From: Bacillus subtilis subsp. subtilis str. 168
GTDB lineage: Bacteria; Bacillota; Bacilli; Bacillales; Bacillaceae
Direction of reading: 5' to 3'
Assembly (NCBI RefSeq): GCF_000009045.1
Contig: NC_000964.3
Coordinates: 1,530,001 to 1,562,000, forward strand
DNA: 32,000 nucleotides
Shown: in pieces, positions 16,121 through 27,100 of the stretch
How the letters are laid out: every line of letters begins with the position of its first letter
Position numbering within the stretch: the stretch's first letter is position 1
The notes under the pieces: generated by a model
Database searches by the model: none
What the model was told of the DNA's origin: nothing
The model's input: the letters and a program-made list of their open reading frames with translations, nothing else
Program-made: the position numbers and the translations under genes

Positions 16121-17959
16121 GTGAAACTTCGAAATGATCTTCGCAACATCGCGATTATTGCCCACGTTGACCATGGGAAAACGACTCTAGTCGATCAGCT
16201 TTTACATCAGGCTGGTACGTTCCGTGCCAACGAACAGGTTGCTGAACGCGCAATGGACTCTAATGATCTTGAACGCGAACGCGGCATTACAATATTGGCG
16301 AAAAATACTGCGATTAACTATAAAGATACACGTATCAATATTTTGGACACCCCTGGACATGCAGACTTTGGGGGAGAAGTAGAACGGATTATGAAAATGG
16401 TTGACGGCGTAGTGCTTGTCGTTGACGCATATGAAGGCTGTATGCCTCAAACTCGTTTTGTTCTGAAAAAAGCTCTTGAGCAAAACCTGAACCCTGTTGT
16501 TGTTGTAAACAAAATTGACCGTGACTTTGCTCGTCCAGAGGAAGTTATCGATGAAGTTCTGGATCTGTTCATTGAGCTTGATGCCAATGAAGAGCAGCTC
16601 GAGTTCCCAGTGGTATATGCTTCCGCGATTAATGGAACAGCGAGTCTTGATCCGAAACAACAGGATGAAAACATGGAAGCTTTATATGAAACCATTATTA
16701 AGCATGTTCCGGCACCTGTTGATAATGCAGAGGAGCCGCTTCAATTCCAAGTTGCCCTTCTTGACTACAACGACTATGTAGGCCGTATCGGAATCGGACG
16801 CGTATTCCGCGGCACAATGAAAGTCGGACAGCAGGTTTCTCTTATGAAGCTTGACGGAACGGCAAAGTCATTCCGTGTTACAAAGATTTTTGGTTTCCAA
16901 GGCTTAAAGCGTGTGGAAATTGAAGAAGCAAAAGCGGGAGACCTCGTTGCGGTTTCCGGGATGGAAGATATCAACGTTGGTGAAACGGTATGTCCTGTAG
17001 ACCATCAAGATCCGCTTCCGGTCCTTCGCATTGATGAGCCGACACTTCAAATGACATTTGTCGTGAATAACAGTCCGTTTGCAGGCCGTGAAGGCAAATA
17101 TGTAACGGCCCGCAAAATCGAAGAGCGTCTTCAATCACAGCTTCAGACGGATGTGAGCTTGCGTGTTGAGCCAACAGCTTCTCCTGATGCTTGGGTTGTT
17201 TCAGGACGCGGTGAGCTGCACTTGTCAATTTTAATTGAAAATATGCGTCGTGAGGGCTATGAGCTTCAAGTGTCAAAACCTGAAGTTATTATCAAAGAAA
17301 TCGACGGCGTACGCTGTGAGCCTGTTGAACGTGTGCAAATTGATGTTCCTGAAGAGCATACTGGCTCTGTAATGGAATCAATGGGTGCCCGCAAAGGCGA
17401 AATGGTTGATATGATCAACAACGGAAACGGCCAAGTCCGTCTCATCTTTACAGTTCCTTCCCGCGGATTGATCGGTTACTCTACAGAATTCCTATCATTA
17501 ACACGCGGATTCGGTATTTTGAACCATACGTTTGACAGCTACCAGCCGATGCAGGCAGGCCAAGTCGGCGGACGCCGTCAAGGTGTACTTGTGTCAATGG
17601 AAAACGGAAAAGCAACATCATACGGTATTCAAGGAATTGAAGACCGCGGTGTCATCTTCGTTGAGCCGGGTACTGAAGTATACGAAGGAATGATCGTTGG
17701 AGAGCATAACCGTGACAACGACCTTGTTGTTAACGTCAGCAAAATGAAACAGCAAACAAACGTCCGTTCTGCGACAAAGGATCAGACAACTACAATTAAA
17801 AAAGCGCGCATCATGTCTCTTGAGGAGTCTCTAGAGTACTTAAACGAAGATGAATATTGTGAAGTAACACCTGAATCCATCCGTTTAAGAAAGAAGATCC
17901 TCAATAAGAACGAACGTGAAAAAGCAGCTAAAAAGAAAAAAACAGCAGGATTGTCTTAA
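16121..17959 (+). CDS. typA: Translational GTPase TypA/BipA, 612 aa
   Basis: GTG at 16121 lies 7 nt after AGGAGA. The GTPase motifs are AHVDHGKTT (G1), DTPGHADF (G3) and NKIDR (G4). The protein has an EF-G/LepA-like domain organisation and a lysine-rich tail. Confidence 0.96.
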   Translation: MKLRNDLRNIAIIAHVDHGKTTLVDQLLHQAGTFRANEQVAERAMDSNDLERERGITILAKNTAINYKDTRINILDTPGHADFGGEVERIMKMVDGVVLVVDAYEGCMPQTRFVLKKALEQNLNPVVVVNKIDRDFARPEEVIDEVLDLFIELDANEEQLEFPVVYASAINGTASLDPKQQDENMEALYETIIKHVPAPVDNAEEPLQFQVALLDYNDYVGRIGIGRVFRGTMKVGQQVSLMKLDGTAKSFRVTKIFGFQGLKRVEIEEAKAGDLVAVSGMEDINVGETVCPVDHQDPLPVLRIDEPTLQMTFVVNNSPFAGREGKYVTARKIEERLQSQLQTDVSLRVEPTASPDAWVVSGRGELHLSILIENMRREGYELQVSKPEVIIKEIDGVRCEPVERVQIDVPEEHTGSVMESMGARKGEMVDMINNGNGQVRLIFTVPSRGLIGYSTEFLSLTRGFGILNHTFDSYQPMQAGQVGGRRQGVLVSMENGKATSYGIQGIEDRGVIFVEPGTEVYEGMIVGEHNRDNDLVVNVSKMKQQTNVRSATKDQTTTIKKARIMSLEESLEYLNEDEYCEVTPESIRLRKKILNKNEREKAAKKKKTAGLS

Positions 17960-18015
17960 TCTCGTGCAGAATTTGAAAAGATAGAACCCGTACGTTTACA
18001 GGGGAGGGAATCTTT

Positions 18016-18333
18016 TTGAATGACGTAAGCGAACGCCTGTCGTTCTTCGCCGCTCTATATCAAGTAGACCGGCAGCCTGCGGCAGGCATGTGGCTGCTGT
18101 ACGGCACGATTTTTGTGTTGGCCGTTATTGTATTTAAGCTTGGATTTGCTAAACGGCTTCCTGTATTAAAATCTGCAGTGGTGTATGTATTTTTGGCTTT
18201 GGGCTGCACTGTTTTGACTTTTTTAGGGGTGTTTTTGCCCGTGGCAGAAGGATTGGTCGTCGCTGCGCTGATTTTAATCATTTACAAAATCCGGCTGTAT
18301 CAGTCGAAAAAAGGACAGTCTGCAAAATCATAA
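18016..18333 (+). CDS. ylaH: Integral membrane protein, 105 aa
   Basis: TTG at 18016 lies 7 nt after GGGGAGGG. There are three hydrophobic segments. Confidence 0.85.
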
Positions 18334-18362
18334 AAGACTCAGCTGAAAGCTGAGTCTTTTTT
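18332..18362. terminator. Intrinsic terminator after ylaH, probably also used by convergent ylaI
   Basis: The sequence is AAAAGACTCAGC-tgaaa-GCTGAGTCTTTTTT. Confidence 0.88.
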
Positions 18363-18388
18363 GTGTTCTGTATGGTTAAGCGGCCGCT

Positions 18389-18598
18389 TTATTTTTTGAC
18401 TTTTTCTTTTTTCTGCTGTCCCGGGTGAAAAGTAAATTTTCCCGTTTTCAGCCGTTCCTCTGTTTTTTTGGCAATCCGATCGTGGCATTCCTGGCACATA
18501 TATGTATGGATCGGGCGGTTTCGAAGCCGTTTCGCGATCAGGGTATCATCATCAATTGTTTCAATTTTATCGCAAATAGAACATTTGACCCTCATCAT
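18389..18598 (-). CDS. ylaI: Small zinc-ribbon-like protein (CxxC ... CxxC) with a lysine-rich tail, 68-69 aa
   Basis: The sequence is MMRVKCSICDK...YMCQECHDRI. The SD AGAGGTGAT favours the second ATG (18595) on spacing; both starts are in frame. Confidence 0.82.
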   Translation of the reverse strand: MMRVKCSICDKIETIDDDTLIAKRLRNRPIHTYMCQECHDRIAKKTEERLKTGKFTFHPGQQKKEKVKK

Positions 18599-18680
18599 AT
18601 CACCTCTTTCACTAACATGTATTATACCACGGATCAGAAGCTGTCCAAAATAAGAAAAAGCTAAAGCGCAAGGCTATAGC

Positions 18681-19310
18681 TTAGTCATTGTTGTTCTTTT
18701 TCATATGATGATCAGATTGATCGTTTTGTTCCTTCTCCATTTCCTGTTGCTGTTTTCTATTTAATTGGTCATTTTGCTGCTTTGTTTGCGGTTCATCTTC
18801 ATTGTCAATCACATCGTTAGGCACTTCGGGAAGCACTCGGCCGACAATTGCAGCTAATTCATCCAGTATACCTGTTACCGGATGGCCCTCGCTGATTTCT
18901 CTGCTCATTTCGCGAAGGCGGCTGACCGTATCGGGATCAGCAATGACTACTGCGTTGGCGCCATATCGATCATTCTTTAGCGCCTGAGCTACAGAATATT
19001 TAATGGTTTCCACTTTGCTTCTGTCCAAAGTATCATCGACATCAATCCCAACAACAGCATAGCCTCCCAGCACAACGGCTGTTGCATCCTTGACGTCGGG
19101 GTTTTTTTCAGCAACGCTGACAAGATGCTTGGCAATATCCGTTCTTGTTCCATTGTCTTTTGTTTCTTGAGTTGTGTCCTTTACGTGAATCGGTTTAGTC
19201 TCCTGCTGTCTTGTTGATTCTTTTTCAACATTCTGGCCCTGTTTTCCTTGTTGATAGGCACAAGCGGACAGGATAAGTGTCAGCTGTATGATAATGAAAA
19301 GAATTCGCAC
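18681..19310 (-). CDS. ylaJ: YhcN/YlaJ-family sporulation/germination lipoprotein, 209 aa
   Basis: GTG at 19310 lies 9 nt after AAGGAGGG. The lipobox is ILSAC in MRILFIIIQLTLILSACAY. The C-terminal tail is low-complexity and Gln/Asp/Lys-rich. Confidence 0.88.
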   Translation of the reverse strand: MRILFIIIQLTLILSACAYQQGKQGQNVEKESTRQQETKPIHVKDTTQETKDNGTRTDIAKHLVSVAEKNPDVKDATAVVLGGYAVVGIDVDDTLDRSKVETIKYSVAQALKNDRYGANAVVIADPDTVSRLREMSREISEGHPVTGILDELAAIVGRVLPEVPNDVIDNEDEPQTKQQNDQLNRKQQQEMEKEQNDQSDHHMKKNNND

Positions 19311-19464
19311 TTGCGGGTTCCCTCCTTAAAATGCTTTCATTAATTTTATTGTTGAATTAACCTTCTATCTTTATGCACAAAAACATATATTTTAGCAGGC
19401 ATTCACCTTTTTCATCAAAAGAGAAGCAGGAAGAACTTTGACCCTTATATCAGGAGGCTGAGAC

Positions 19465-20793
19465 TTGAGTAAAATTTATGTGTTAGATACGAATGTGTTA
19501 TTACAGGATCCTAACGCGATATTTTCTTTTGAAGAAAATGAGGTTGTCATCCCTGCTGTCGTTTTAGAAGAGGTTGATTCAAAAAAACGGTATATGGACG
19601 AAGTTGGGAGGAATGCAAGGCACGTATCTAAGCTAATCGATGCGCTAAGACAAAAGGGCAGGCTGCATGAGCATGTACCGCTTGACACCGGCGGCACACT
19701 GAGAATTGAACTGAATCATCGTTCGTTTCACCAGCTGCAAGAGATCTTTATTGAAAAGACGAACGATAATCGCATATTAGCCGTTGCGAAAAACTTAAGC
19801 CTCGAGGAAGAAACCAAGGAAAATGGCAGGCCGGTTATCCTTGTCAGTAAGGATGTACTGGTCAGGGTTAAAGCCGACGCAATCGGACTGCTTGCTGAAG
19901 ATTTCTTGAATGACCGGGTTGTGGACAATGATGAAATGTACAGCGGCTATAAAGATTTATATATCAGCCAGCAGCTGTTCAGCTCTTTTTACGGGAAAAA
20001 TCAAATTTCAGTAAACGATGTGAAACAGCATGCGTTTTATCCGAATCAGTTTGCTTTAATGAAGGATGAGCTAGGAGGGTCCTCCTCGGCAGTCGGAATT
20101 GCAGACAAAACCGGAACGGTATTAAAAAGACTCGTATTTGATGATGAACATATATGGGGAATCAGGCCGAAAAATGTACAGCAGACAATGGCATTAGAGC
20201 TTTTGCTGCGGGAAGATATTCCGCTTGTCACCCTGATCGGCAAAGCGGGAACCGGCAAAACGCTCTTAGCTTTGGCGGCAGGGCTATTACAGACAGAAGA
20301 CTTGGGAATATATAAAAAGCTGGTCGTCGCAAGGCCGATTGTTCCTGTTGGCAAGGACATCGGGTATTTGCCAGGCGAAAAAGAGGAAAAGCTAAAGCCT
20401 TGGATGCAGCCGATTTTTGACAACTTAGAGTTTCTGTTTAATGCGAAAAAACCAGGGGAGCTTGATGCTATTTTGGCGGGAATTGGCTCAATTCAGGTAG
20501 AGGCGCTGACTTATATCAGAGGGAGAAGCATTCCAGATCAATTTATTATCATTGATGAAGCGCAAAATTTGACCAGGCATGAGGTGAAAACGTTGCTGAC
20601 GAGAGTCGGTGAGGGCAGTAAAATTGTCTTAATGGGCGACCCTGAACAAATTGATCACCCATATTTAGACAGTCTGAACAATGGTTTGGCCTATGTGGTT
20701 GAGCGGTTTAAAGGACAACCCATCTCAGGCAGCGTGAAGCTGTTAAAAGGTGAGAGATCAGGTCTCGCCCAGCTTGCAGCTGATTTGCTGTAA
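19465..20793 (+). CDS. ylaK: PhoH2-type protein: N-terminal PIN nuclease domain fused to a PhoH-like P-loop ATPase, 442 aa
   Basis: TTG at 19465 lies 7 nt after AGGAGG. PIN acidic residues appear in YVLDTNVLL, VLEEVD and NDNRILAVA. Walker A is GKAGTGKT and Walker B is IIIDEAQN. Confidence 0.92.
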   Translation: MSKIYVLDTNVLLQDPNAIFSFEENEVVIPAVVLEEVDSKKRYMDEVGRNARHVSKLIDALRQKGRLHEHVPLDTGGTLRIELNHRSFHQLQEIFIEKTNDNRILAVAKNLSLEEETKENGRPVILVSKDVLVRVKADAIGLLAEDFLNDRVVDNDEMYSGYKDLYISQQLFSSFYGKNQISVNDVKQHAFYPNQFALMKDELGGSSSAVGIADKTGTVLKRLVFDDEHIWGIRPKNVQQTMALELLLREDIPLVTLIGKAGTGKTLLALAAGLLQTEDLGIYKKLVVARPIVPVGKDIGYLPGEKEEKLKPWMQPIFDNLEFLFNAKKPGELDAILAGIGSIQVEALTYIRGRSIPDQFIIIDEAQNLTRHEVKTLLTRVGEGSKIVLMGDPEQIDHPYLDSLNNGLAYVVERFKGQPISGSVKLLKGERSGLAQLAADLL

Positions 20794-20796
20794 CAC

Positions 20797-21282
20797 TTAA
20801 ATGATTTCGATCTCTTTTACATCGGTAATCGGCTGTTTGTGATGAACCGGGTCTTCAAAGTAAATATGCACGGGGCCGCCTTCTTGAATCGGCTTGCCTG
20901 CCTCACTGAAATGGACAATACTGTTCAGAGCGGTTTCCAGAGAAACGGCGGCCTTTCCCGAACTTGTGACAAATACACATTGTGTCGCAGAGCTGTTCGG
21001 CTCAGCATTTTTCAGGACAGTCCCAAGTCTCATTGCGAAACTGCCGTTCATCAGTTTTTGCTTCTCATATTGCTTTTCCGTCTTTAATGTAGGCGGCGCG
21101 ATTCGCCCCTCTCTGATGACGCGTTCCGGATCAAGGTCGGATTCATCCCCGGCTGATTGTAAATATGTGTCTTGACTGTCCCCTTTGCGGTCAAACGAAA
21201 ATTTGCGATCATCAAAAATCCATACGCTTGGATCAATGGTAATTGGATATGTAACATTGCCTTTTACTTGGATAACGCTCAT
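20797..21282 (-). CDS. ylaL: Conserved protein of unknown function, 161 aa
   Basis: ATG at 21282 follows GAAGGGGG; the ORF-track start at 21333 lacks an SD. The sequence [25 protein letters not shown] is recognised as YlaL. Its stop lies 3 nt from the ylaK stop. Confidence 0.82.
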
Positions 21283-21384
21283 GATATGACCCCCTTCTCT
21301 CAAAATTATAAAAGTTTTCGCATGAATTGTCACTTTGTGTACAAATTATGTGTATTGAAATGCTGAGGGAACGAGGGTGTTTGC

Positions 21385-22314
21385 ATGGTATGCCAGCATA
21401 ATGATGAGCTTGAAGCCTTAGTGAAAAAGGCGAAAAAAGTAACGGACAAGGGGGAGGTAGCCAGCTATATTCCCGCCTTGGCAAAAGCTGATAAACACGA
21501 CCTGTCAGTGGCGATTTATTATTCCAATAATGTTTGTCTGTCAGCAGGTGACGTAGAAAAAACATTTACGCTTCAAAGTATATCGAAAGTCCTTTCCCTT
21601 GCTTTGGTGTTAATGGAATACGGCAAAGATAAGGTCTTCAGTTATGTTGGACAGGAGCCGACCGGTGATCCGTTTAATTCAATTATCAAGCTCGAAACAG
21701 TGAATCCGAGCAAGCCGTTAAACCCTATGATTAATGCCGGGGCATTGGTAGTGACAAGTCTGATAAGGGGAAGAACGGTAAAAGAGAGACTTGATTATTT
21801 GCTTTCTTTTATCAGAAGGCTGACAAACAACCAAGAGATTACATACTGCCGGGAAGTGGCTGAATCTGAATACAGCACTTCAATGATTAATCGGGCGATG
21901 TGTTATTATATGAAGCAGTACGGCATTTTTGAAGATGATGTAGAGGCAGTAATGGATTTATATACGAAGCAATGCGCGATTGAGATGAACAGCTTGGATT
22001 TAGCGAAAATCGGATCTGTATTCGCATTGAACGGCAGACATCCAGAGACTGGGGAGCAGGTCATCTCAAAAGATGTCGCTAGAATTTGCAAAACGTTTAT
22101 GGTGACGTGCGGAATGTACAATGCAAGCGGGGAATTCGCAATTAAGGTCGGAATTCCTGCGAAAAGCGGCGTATCCGGCGGGATAATGGGCATTTCGCCT
22201 TACGATTTCGGGATCGGCATATTCGGCCCCGCATTAGACGAAAAAGGGAACAGCATTGCAGGTGTAAAGCTTTTGGAAATAATGTCTGAGATGTACAGGC
22301 TGAGTATTTTTTAA
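21385..22314 (+). CDS. glsA2: Glutaminase (serine-dependent beta-lactamase-like fold), 309 aa
   Basis: Glutaminase family signatures are present: the catalytic S-x-x-K in LQSISKV, YIPALAKAD and GIPAKSGVSGGI. Confidence 0.93.
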   Translation: MVCQHNDELEALVKKAKKVTDKGEVASYIPALAKADKHDLSVAIYYSNNVCLSAGDVEKTFTLQSISKVLSLALVLMEYGKDKVFSYVGQEPTGDPFNSIIKLETVNPSKPLNPMINAGALVVTSLIRGRTVKERLDYLLSFIRRLTNNQEITYCREVAESEYSTSMINRAMCYYMKQYGIFEDDVEAVMDLYTKQCAIEMNSLDLAKIGSVFALNGRHPETGEQVISKDVARICKTFMVTCGMYNASGEFAIKVGIPAKSGVSGGIMGISPYDFGIGIFGPALDEKGNSIAGVKLLEIMSEMYRLSIF

Positions 22315-22411
22315 TTTATGTCATATGCTTAAATCCTCTTGCATTTTCTGTTGATACCCTTTATGATAAATAGAAGAATTAGGTACTCGCCTGGGGAACG
22401 GAGGGATACTT

Positions 22412-22693
22412 TTGGCTTCAGAGATGATAGTTGACCATCGGCAAAAAGCTTTTGAACTCTTAAAAGTGGACGCTGAGAAGATTTTGAAGCTGATCCGAGT
22501 ACAAATGGATAACTTAACGATGCCTCAATGTCCTCTATATGAAGAGGTTTTAGATACTCAAATGTTCGGGCTTTCGAGGGAAATCGATTTTGCTGTCCGC
22601 CTGGGATTGGTTGATGAAAAAGACGGTAAAGACCTTTTATACACATTGGAGCGCGAATTGTCTGCTTTGCATGACGCGTTTACAGCTAAATAA
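22412..22693 (+). CDS. ylaN: UPF0358 protein YlaN, 93 aa (recently reported as an iron-responsive Fur antagonist, Fpa)
   Basis: TTG at 22412 lies 6 nt after GGAGGG. The sequence [35 protein letters not shown] is recognised as YlaN. Confidence 0.88.
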   Translation: MASEMIVDHRQKAFELLKVDAEKILKLIRVQMDNLTMPQCPLYEEVLDTQMFGLSREIDFAVRLGLVDEKDGKDLLYTLERELSALHDAFTAK

Positions 22694-22697
22694 ATGA

Positions 22698-22732
22698 TAA
22701 AACTCAAACTTATTAACAGTTTGGGTTTTTTT
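22698..22732 (+). terminator. Intrinsic terminator after ylaN
   Basis: The stem is ACTCAAACT-tattaac-AGTTTGGGT (with one G-U pair), followed by TTTTTT. Confidence 0.75.
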
Positions 22733-22898
22733 ATAACCGCTATTTTTCTCTCATCTCATAAAAGACGGTCTTTTTTTACACATTCCTTCCGAATCGTATA
22801 GAGATTCTTCGTCTCGTTTGATAAATTGTAGTAAAATAAAAAAGATAAATACATAAAAACCATAGATAATGGAAGTTAGAAGCAGGGAAGAGGATGTT

Positions 22899-24110
22899 AT
22901 GTTAAAAAAAATGCTAAAATCTTATGATTACTCACTGATATTCGCAATCGTTTTATTATGCGGATTCGGTTTAGTGATGGTATACAGCTCAAGCATGATT
23001 ACGGCTGTCTCCCGGTATGGAGTAAGCAGTAATTTTTTCTTCATGCGGCAGCTGTTTGCTTTAATTGCGGGTGGCGCTCTATTTATTCTCATGGCGTTGT
23101 TTCCTTATAAAGCACTGGCCCATCAAAAGTTTCAGAAGGGGATACTGCTTGTATCTGTTCTTGCGCTTATCTCACTGTTTGTTTTCGGGCATGTTGCCGG
23201 AAACGCGCAGAGCTGGTTTAAAATCGGCGGAATGAGTATTCAGCCGGGGGAGTTTGTGAAACTGGTCGTGATTTTATACCTTGCAGCCGTATATGCAAAA
23301 AAACAAAGTTATATCGACCATCTGTTAACGGGAGTAGCCCCTCCGGTAGTCATGACGCTTATAATTTGTGGGTTAATTGCCATGCAGCCAGATTTCGGTA
23401 CAGCCATGATTATAGGGTTAATTGCGACGTGCATGATCTTGTGCTCCGGCTTCAGCGGAAAGACGCTGGTGAGGCTTGTGATACTGGGCGGAATTGTTTT
23501 CATTTTAGTCAGCCCTATTATCTATTTGAATCAGGACAAAATTTTAACTGAAGGCCGTTTAGCGCGTTTTGAGAGTCTTGAAGACCCATTTAAGTATGCA
23601 AATTCATCAGGTTTGCAAGTGATCAATTCTTATTATGCGATCAGCTCAGGCGGCATTTTCGGCCTGGGGCTCGGTGAAAGTATCCAAAAATACGGATATC
23701 TGCCTGAATCACACACTGACTTTATTATGGCTGTCATTGCTGAAGAGCTCGGCATTTTTGGGGTATTGTTTGTGATTTTCTTATTGGGTTTTGTCGTCAT
23801 AAAAGGTTTTTATATTGCCAGAAAATGCGAGGACCCGTTTGGAAGTCTTCTGGCGATCGGCATTTCAAGCATGATTGCCATCCAGTCGTTTATTAACCTT
23901 GGCGGTGTCAGCGGATTAATTCCGATTACAGGGGTTACGCTGCCATTTATCAGTTACGGGGGCTCTTCTTTGGTGCTGCTGCTGGGGAGTATGGGGATAT
24001 TAGCGAATATCAGCATGTTTGTGAAATATTCAGAGAATAAGAAAAAGAAAGAGCCCTTGGCGCCGAAGGGAATGAAAAAGAAACAGCTCAAAAAAACTGT
24101 TTATCTGTAA
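22899..24110 (+). CDS. ftsW: SEDS-family cell-division peptidoglycan glycosyltransferase FtsW, 403 aa
   Basis: ATG at 22899 follows GAAGAGGA; the ORF-track start at 22869 has no SD. The protein is a roughly 10-TM FtsW/RodA/SpoVE family member (QPGEFVKL, PESHTDFI, LPFISYGGSS). Confidence 0.93.
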   Translation: MLKKMLKSYDYSLIFAIVLLCGFGLVMVYSSSMITAVSRYGVSSNFFFMRQLFALIAGGALFILMALFPYKALAHQKFQKGILLVSVLALISLFVFGHVAGNAQSWFKIGGMSIQPGEFVKLVVILYLAAVYAKKQSYIDHLLTGVAPPVVMTLIICGLIAMQPDFGTAMIIGLIATCMILCSGFSGKTLVRLVILGGIVFILVSPIIYLNQDKILTEGRLARFESLEDPFKYANSSGLQVINSYYAISSGGIFGLGLGESIQKYGYLPESHTDFIMAVIAEELGIFGVLFVIFLLGFVVIKGFYIARKCEDPFGSLLAIGISSMIAIQSFINLGGVSGLIPITGVTLPFISYGGSSLVLLLGSMGILANISMFVKYSENKKKKEPLAPKGMKKKQLKKTVYL

Positions 24111-24184
24111 AAAACAAGTGTGTACAGGGGAAGGATATTCCGCTATGATAGATTATATTCCATTCGGGTAAGGGGGAGAAAAGT

Positions 24185-27100
24185 TTGTCTCAGCAATCGA
24201 TACAAAAAGTATTAGTAGCAAACAGGGGAGAAATTGCAATCCGAATATTCCGGGCGTGTACCGAGTTGAATATTCGTACAGTTGCGGTCTATTCAAAAGA
24301 AGATTCCGGTTCCTACCATCGGTACAAAGCGGATGAAGCATACTTGGTCGGTGAAGGGAAAAAACCGATTGATGCTTACCTGGATATTGAAGGTATCATT
24401 GATATTGCGAAAAGAAACAAAGTCGATGCAATTCATCCGGGATACGGTTTCTTATCTGAAAATATTCATTTTGCGAGACGATGTGAAGAAGAAGGCATCG
24501 TATTCATAGGGCCAAAATCCGAGCATCTCGATATGTTTGGTGACAAGGTAAAAGCGCGTGAGCAGGCAGAAAAAGCGGGAATCCCCGTGATTCCGGGAAG
24601 CGACGGTCCTGCCGAAACGCTTGAAGCCGTCGAACAATTTGGACAAGCTAACGGTTATCCGATCATCATTAAAGCCTCGCTTGGCGGCGGCGGCCGCGGT
24701 ATGCGGATTGTCAGATCTGAAAGTGAAGTTAAAGAAGCATATGAGCGTGCTAAATCAGAGGCGAAAGCAGCCTTTGGCAATGATGAAGTTTATGTAGAAA
24801 AATTAATTGAGAATCCGAAACATATTGAGGTTCAGGTCATTGGAGACAAGCAGGGCAATGTCGTCCATCTTTTTGAGAGGGATTGCTCCGTTCAAAGACG
24901 CCATCAAAAAGTCATTGAAGTGGCGCCGAGTGTCTCGCTGTCACCTGAATTAAGGGACCAAATTTGTGAGGCTGCAGTTGCGCTTGCCAAAAATGTAAAC
25001 TATATAAATGCGGGGACGGTCGAATTCCTTGTTGCAAACAACGAGTTCTACTTTATTGAAGTAAATCCTCGCGTACAAGTTGAACACACGATAACAGAAA
25101 TGATTACTGGTGTCGATATTGTTCAAACTCAGATCCTTGTTGCCCAAGGGCACAGCCTTCACAGCAAAAAAGTAAATATTCCTGAGCAAAAGGACATTTT
25201 TACAATCGGCTATGCCATTCAGTCACGGGTTACGACTGAGGATCCGCAAAATGATTTCATGCCTGATACAGGAAAAATCATGGCTTACCGCTCAGGCGGC
25301 GGTTTTGGTGTCCGTCTTGATACCGGAAACAGCTTCCAGGGCGCCGTGATCACACCATACTATGATTCACTTCTCGTTAAGCTTTCAACTTGGGCTTTAA
25401 CGTTTGAACAGGCAGCTGCCAAAATGGTGCGAAACCTTCAGGAGTTTAGAATCAGAGGCATAAAAACGAACATTCCGTTCCTTGAGAACGTTGCAAAGCA
25501 TGAGAAGTTCCTGACAGGGCAATATGATACATCTTTCATTGATACAACGCCTGAATTATTTAATTTCCCTAAACAAAAAGACCGCGGAACGAAAATGCTC
25601 ACTTACATCGGCAATGTGACAGTGAACGGCTTCCCTGGAATCGGGAAAAAAGAAAAACCGGCGTTTGACAAACCGTTAGGCGTAAAGGTAGACGTTGATC
25701 AGCAGCCTGCCAGAGGAACAAAGCAAATTCTCGATGAAAAAGGTGCAGAAGGGCTTGCAAATTGGGTTAAGGAGCAGAAATCTGTCCTTTTAACTGATAC
25801 GACATTCAGGGATGCCCACCAATCGTTATTGGCAACTAGAATCAGATCGCATGATTTGAAAAAAATCGCAAATCCGACGGCTGCGTTATGGCCTGAACTA
25901 TTCAGTATGGAAATGTGGGGAGGCGCGACCTTCGATGTAGCCTACCGATTCCTGAAAGAAGATCCGTGGAAACGTTTGGAAGATCTTCGCAAAGAAGTGC
26001 CGAATACCTTATTCCAGATGTTGCTTCGCTCATCAAATGCGGTCGGCTATACGAATTATCCGGACAATGTGATTAAAGAATTTGTGAAGCAATCAGCTCA
26101 ATCCGGTATTGATGTGTTTCGTATTTTCGACAGCTTAAACTGGGTAAAAGGGATGACGTTAGCCATTGATGCTGTTAGGGATACCGGCAAAGTGGCAGAA
26201 GCTGCGATTTGTTATACGGGAGATATCCTTGACAAGAACCGGACGAAGTACGACCTTGCATATTATACATCGATGGCGAAGGAGCTTGAGGCGGCCGGAG
26301 CCCATATTCTCGGGATTAAAGATATGGCAGGGCTGTTAAAACCGCAGGCTGCATATGAGCTCGTTTCTGCGTTGAAAGAAACGATCGACATTCCGGTTCA
26401 CCTTCATACGCATGATACGAGCGGAAACGGTATTTATATGTATGCGAAAGCTGTTGAAGCCGGCGTTGATATCATAGACGTGGCGGTCAGCTCAATGGCG
26501 GGATTAACGTCACAGCCTAGCGCGAGCGGATTTTATCATGCGATGGAAGGCAACGACCGCCGTCCGGAAATGAATGTCCAAGGCGTTGAATTGCTGTCCC
26601 AATATTGGGAGTCGGTGCGTAAATATTATAGTGAATTTGAAAGCGGAATGAAGTCTCCGCATACTGAAATTTATGAACACGAAATGCCAGGGGGCCAATA
26701 CAGCAACCTGCAGCAGCAAGCCAAGGGAGTAGGCCTTGGCGACCGCTGGAACGAAGTCAAGGAAATGTACAGACGCGTGAACGATATGTTCGGTGACATC
26801 GTCAAGGTAACGCCTTCCTCAAAAGTAGTCGGAGATATGGCACTCTACATGGTGCAAAACAATCTGACTGAAAAAGACGTTTACGAAAAAGGTGAATCTT
26901 TAGATTTCCCTGATTCTGTCGTGGAGCTTTTTAAAGGAAATATCGGCCAGCCTCATGGCGGATTCCCAGAAAAACTGCAAAAGCTGATCTTAAAAGGGCA
27001 GGAGCCGATTACAGTCAGACCGGGCGAACTGCTTGAGCCGGTGTCATTTGAAGCGATCAAACAGGAATTTAAAGAGCAGCATAACTTGGAAATTTCAGAT

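Noticed and set aside
16202-17276. A set of antisense or out-of-frame ORFs (61-152 aa) inside typA.
   Set aside because: They are embedded in a highly conserved GTPase gene, have no SD, and have implausible composition.
18599-18680. An expected terminator between ylaJ and ylaI (same strand).
   Set aside because: No GC-rich hairpin with a T-run is present in the 82-nt spacer. Co-transcription of ylaJ-ylaI is the simpler reading, and nothing here is unusual.
22315-22411. A possible Fur box upstream of ylaN, tested because YlaN is reported to antagonise Fur. The candidate is TGATAAATAGAAGAA.
   Set aside because: Only the left half-site resembles the TGATAAT-N-ATTATCA consensus. The right half has at least 4 mismatches.
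22329-22646. A 105-aa minus-strand ORF overlapping ylaN.
   Set aside because: It is antisense to the well-supported ylaN coding sequence and its SD, and has no ribosome-binding site of its own.
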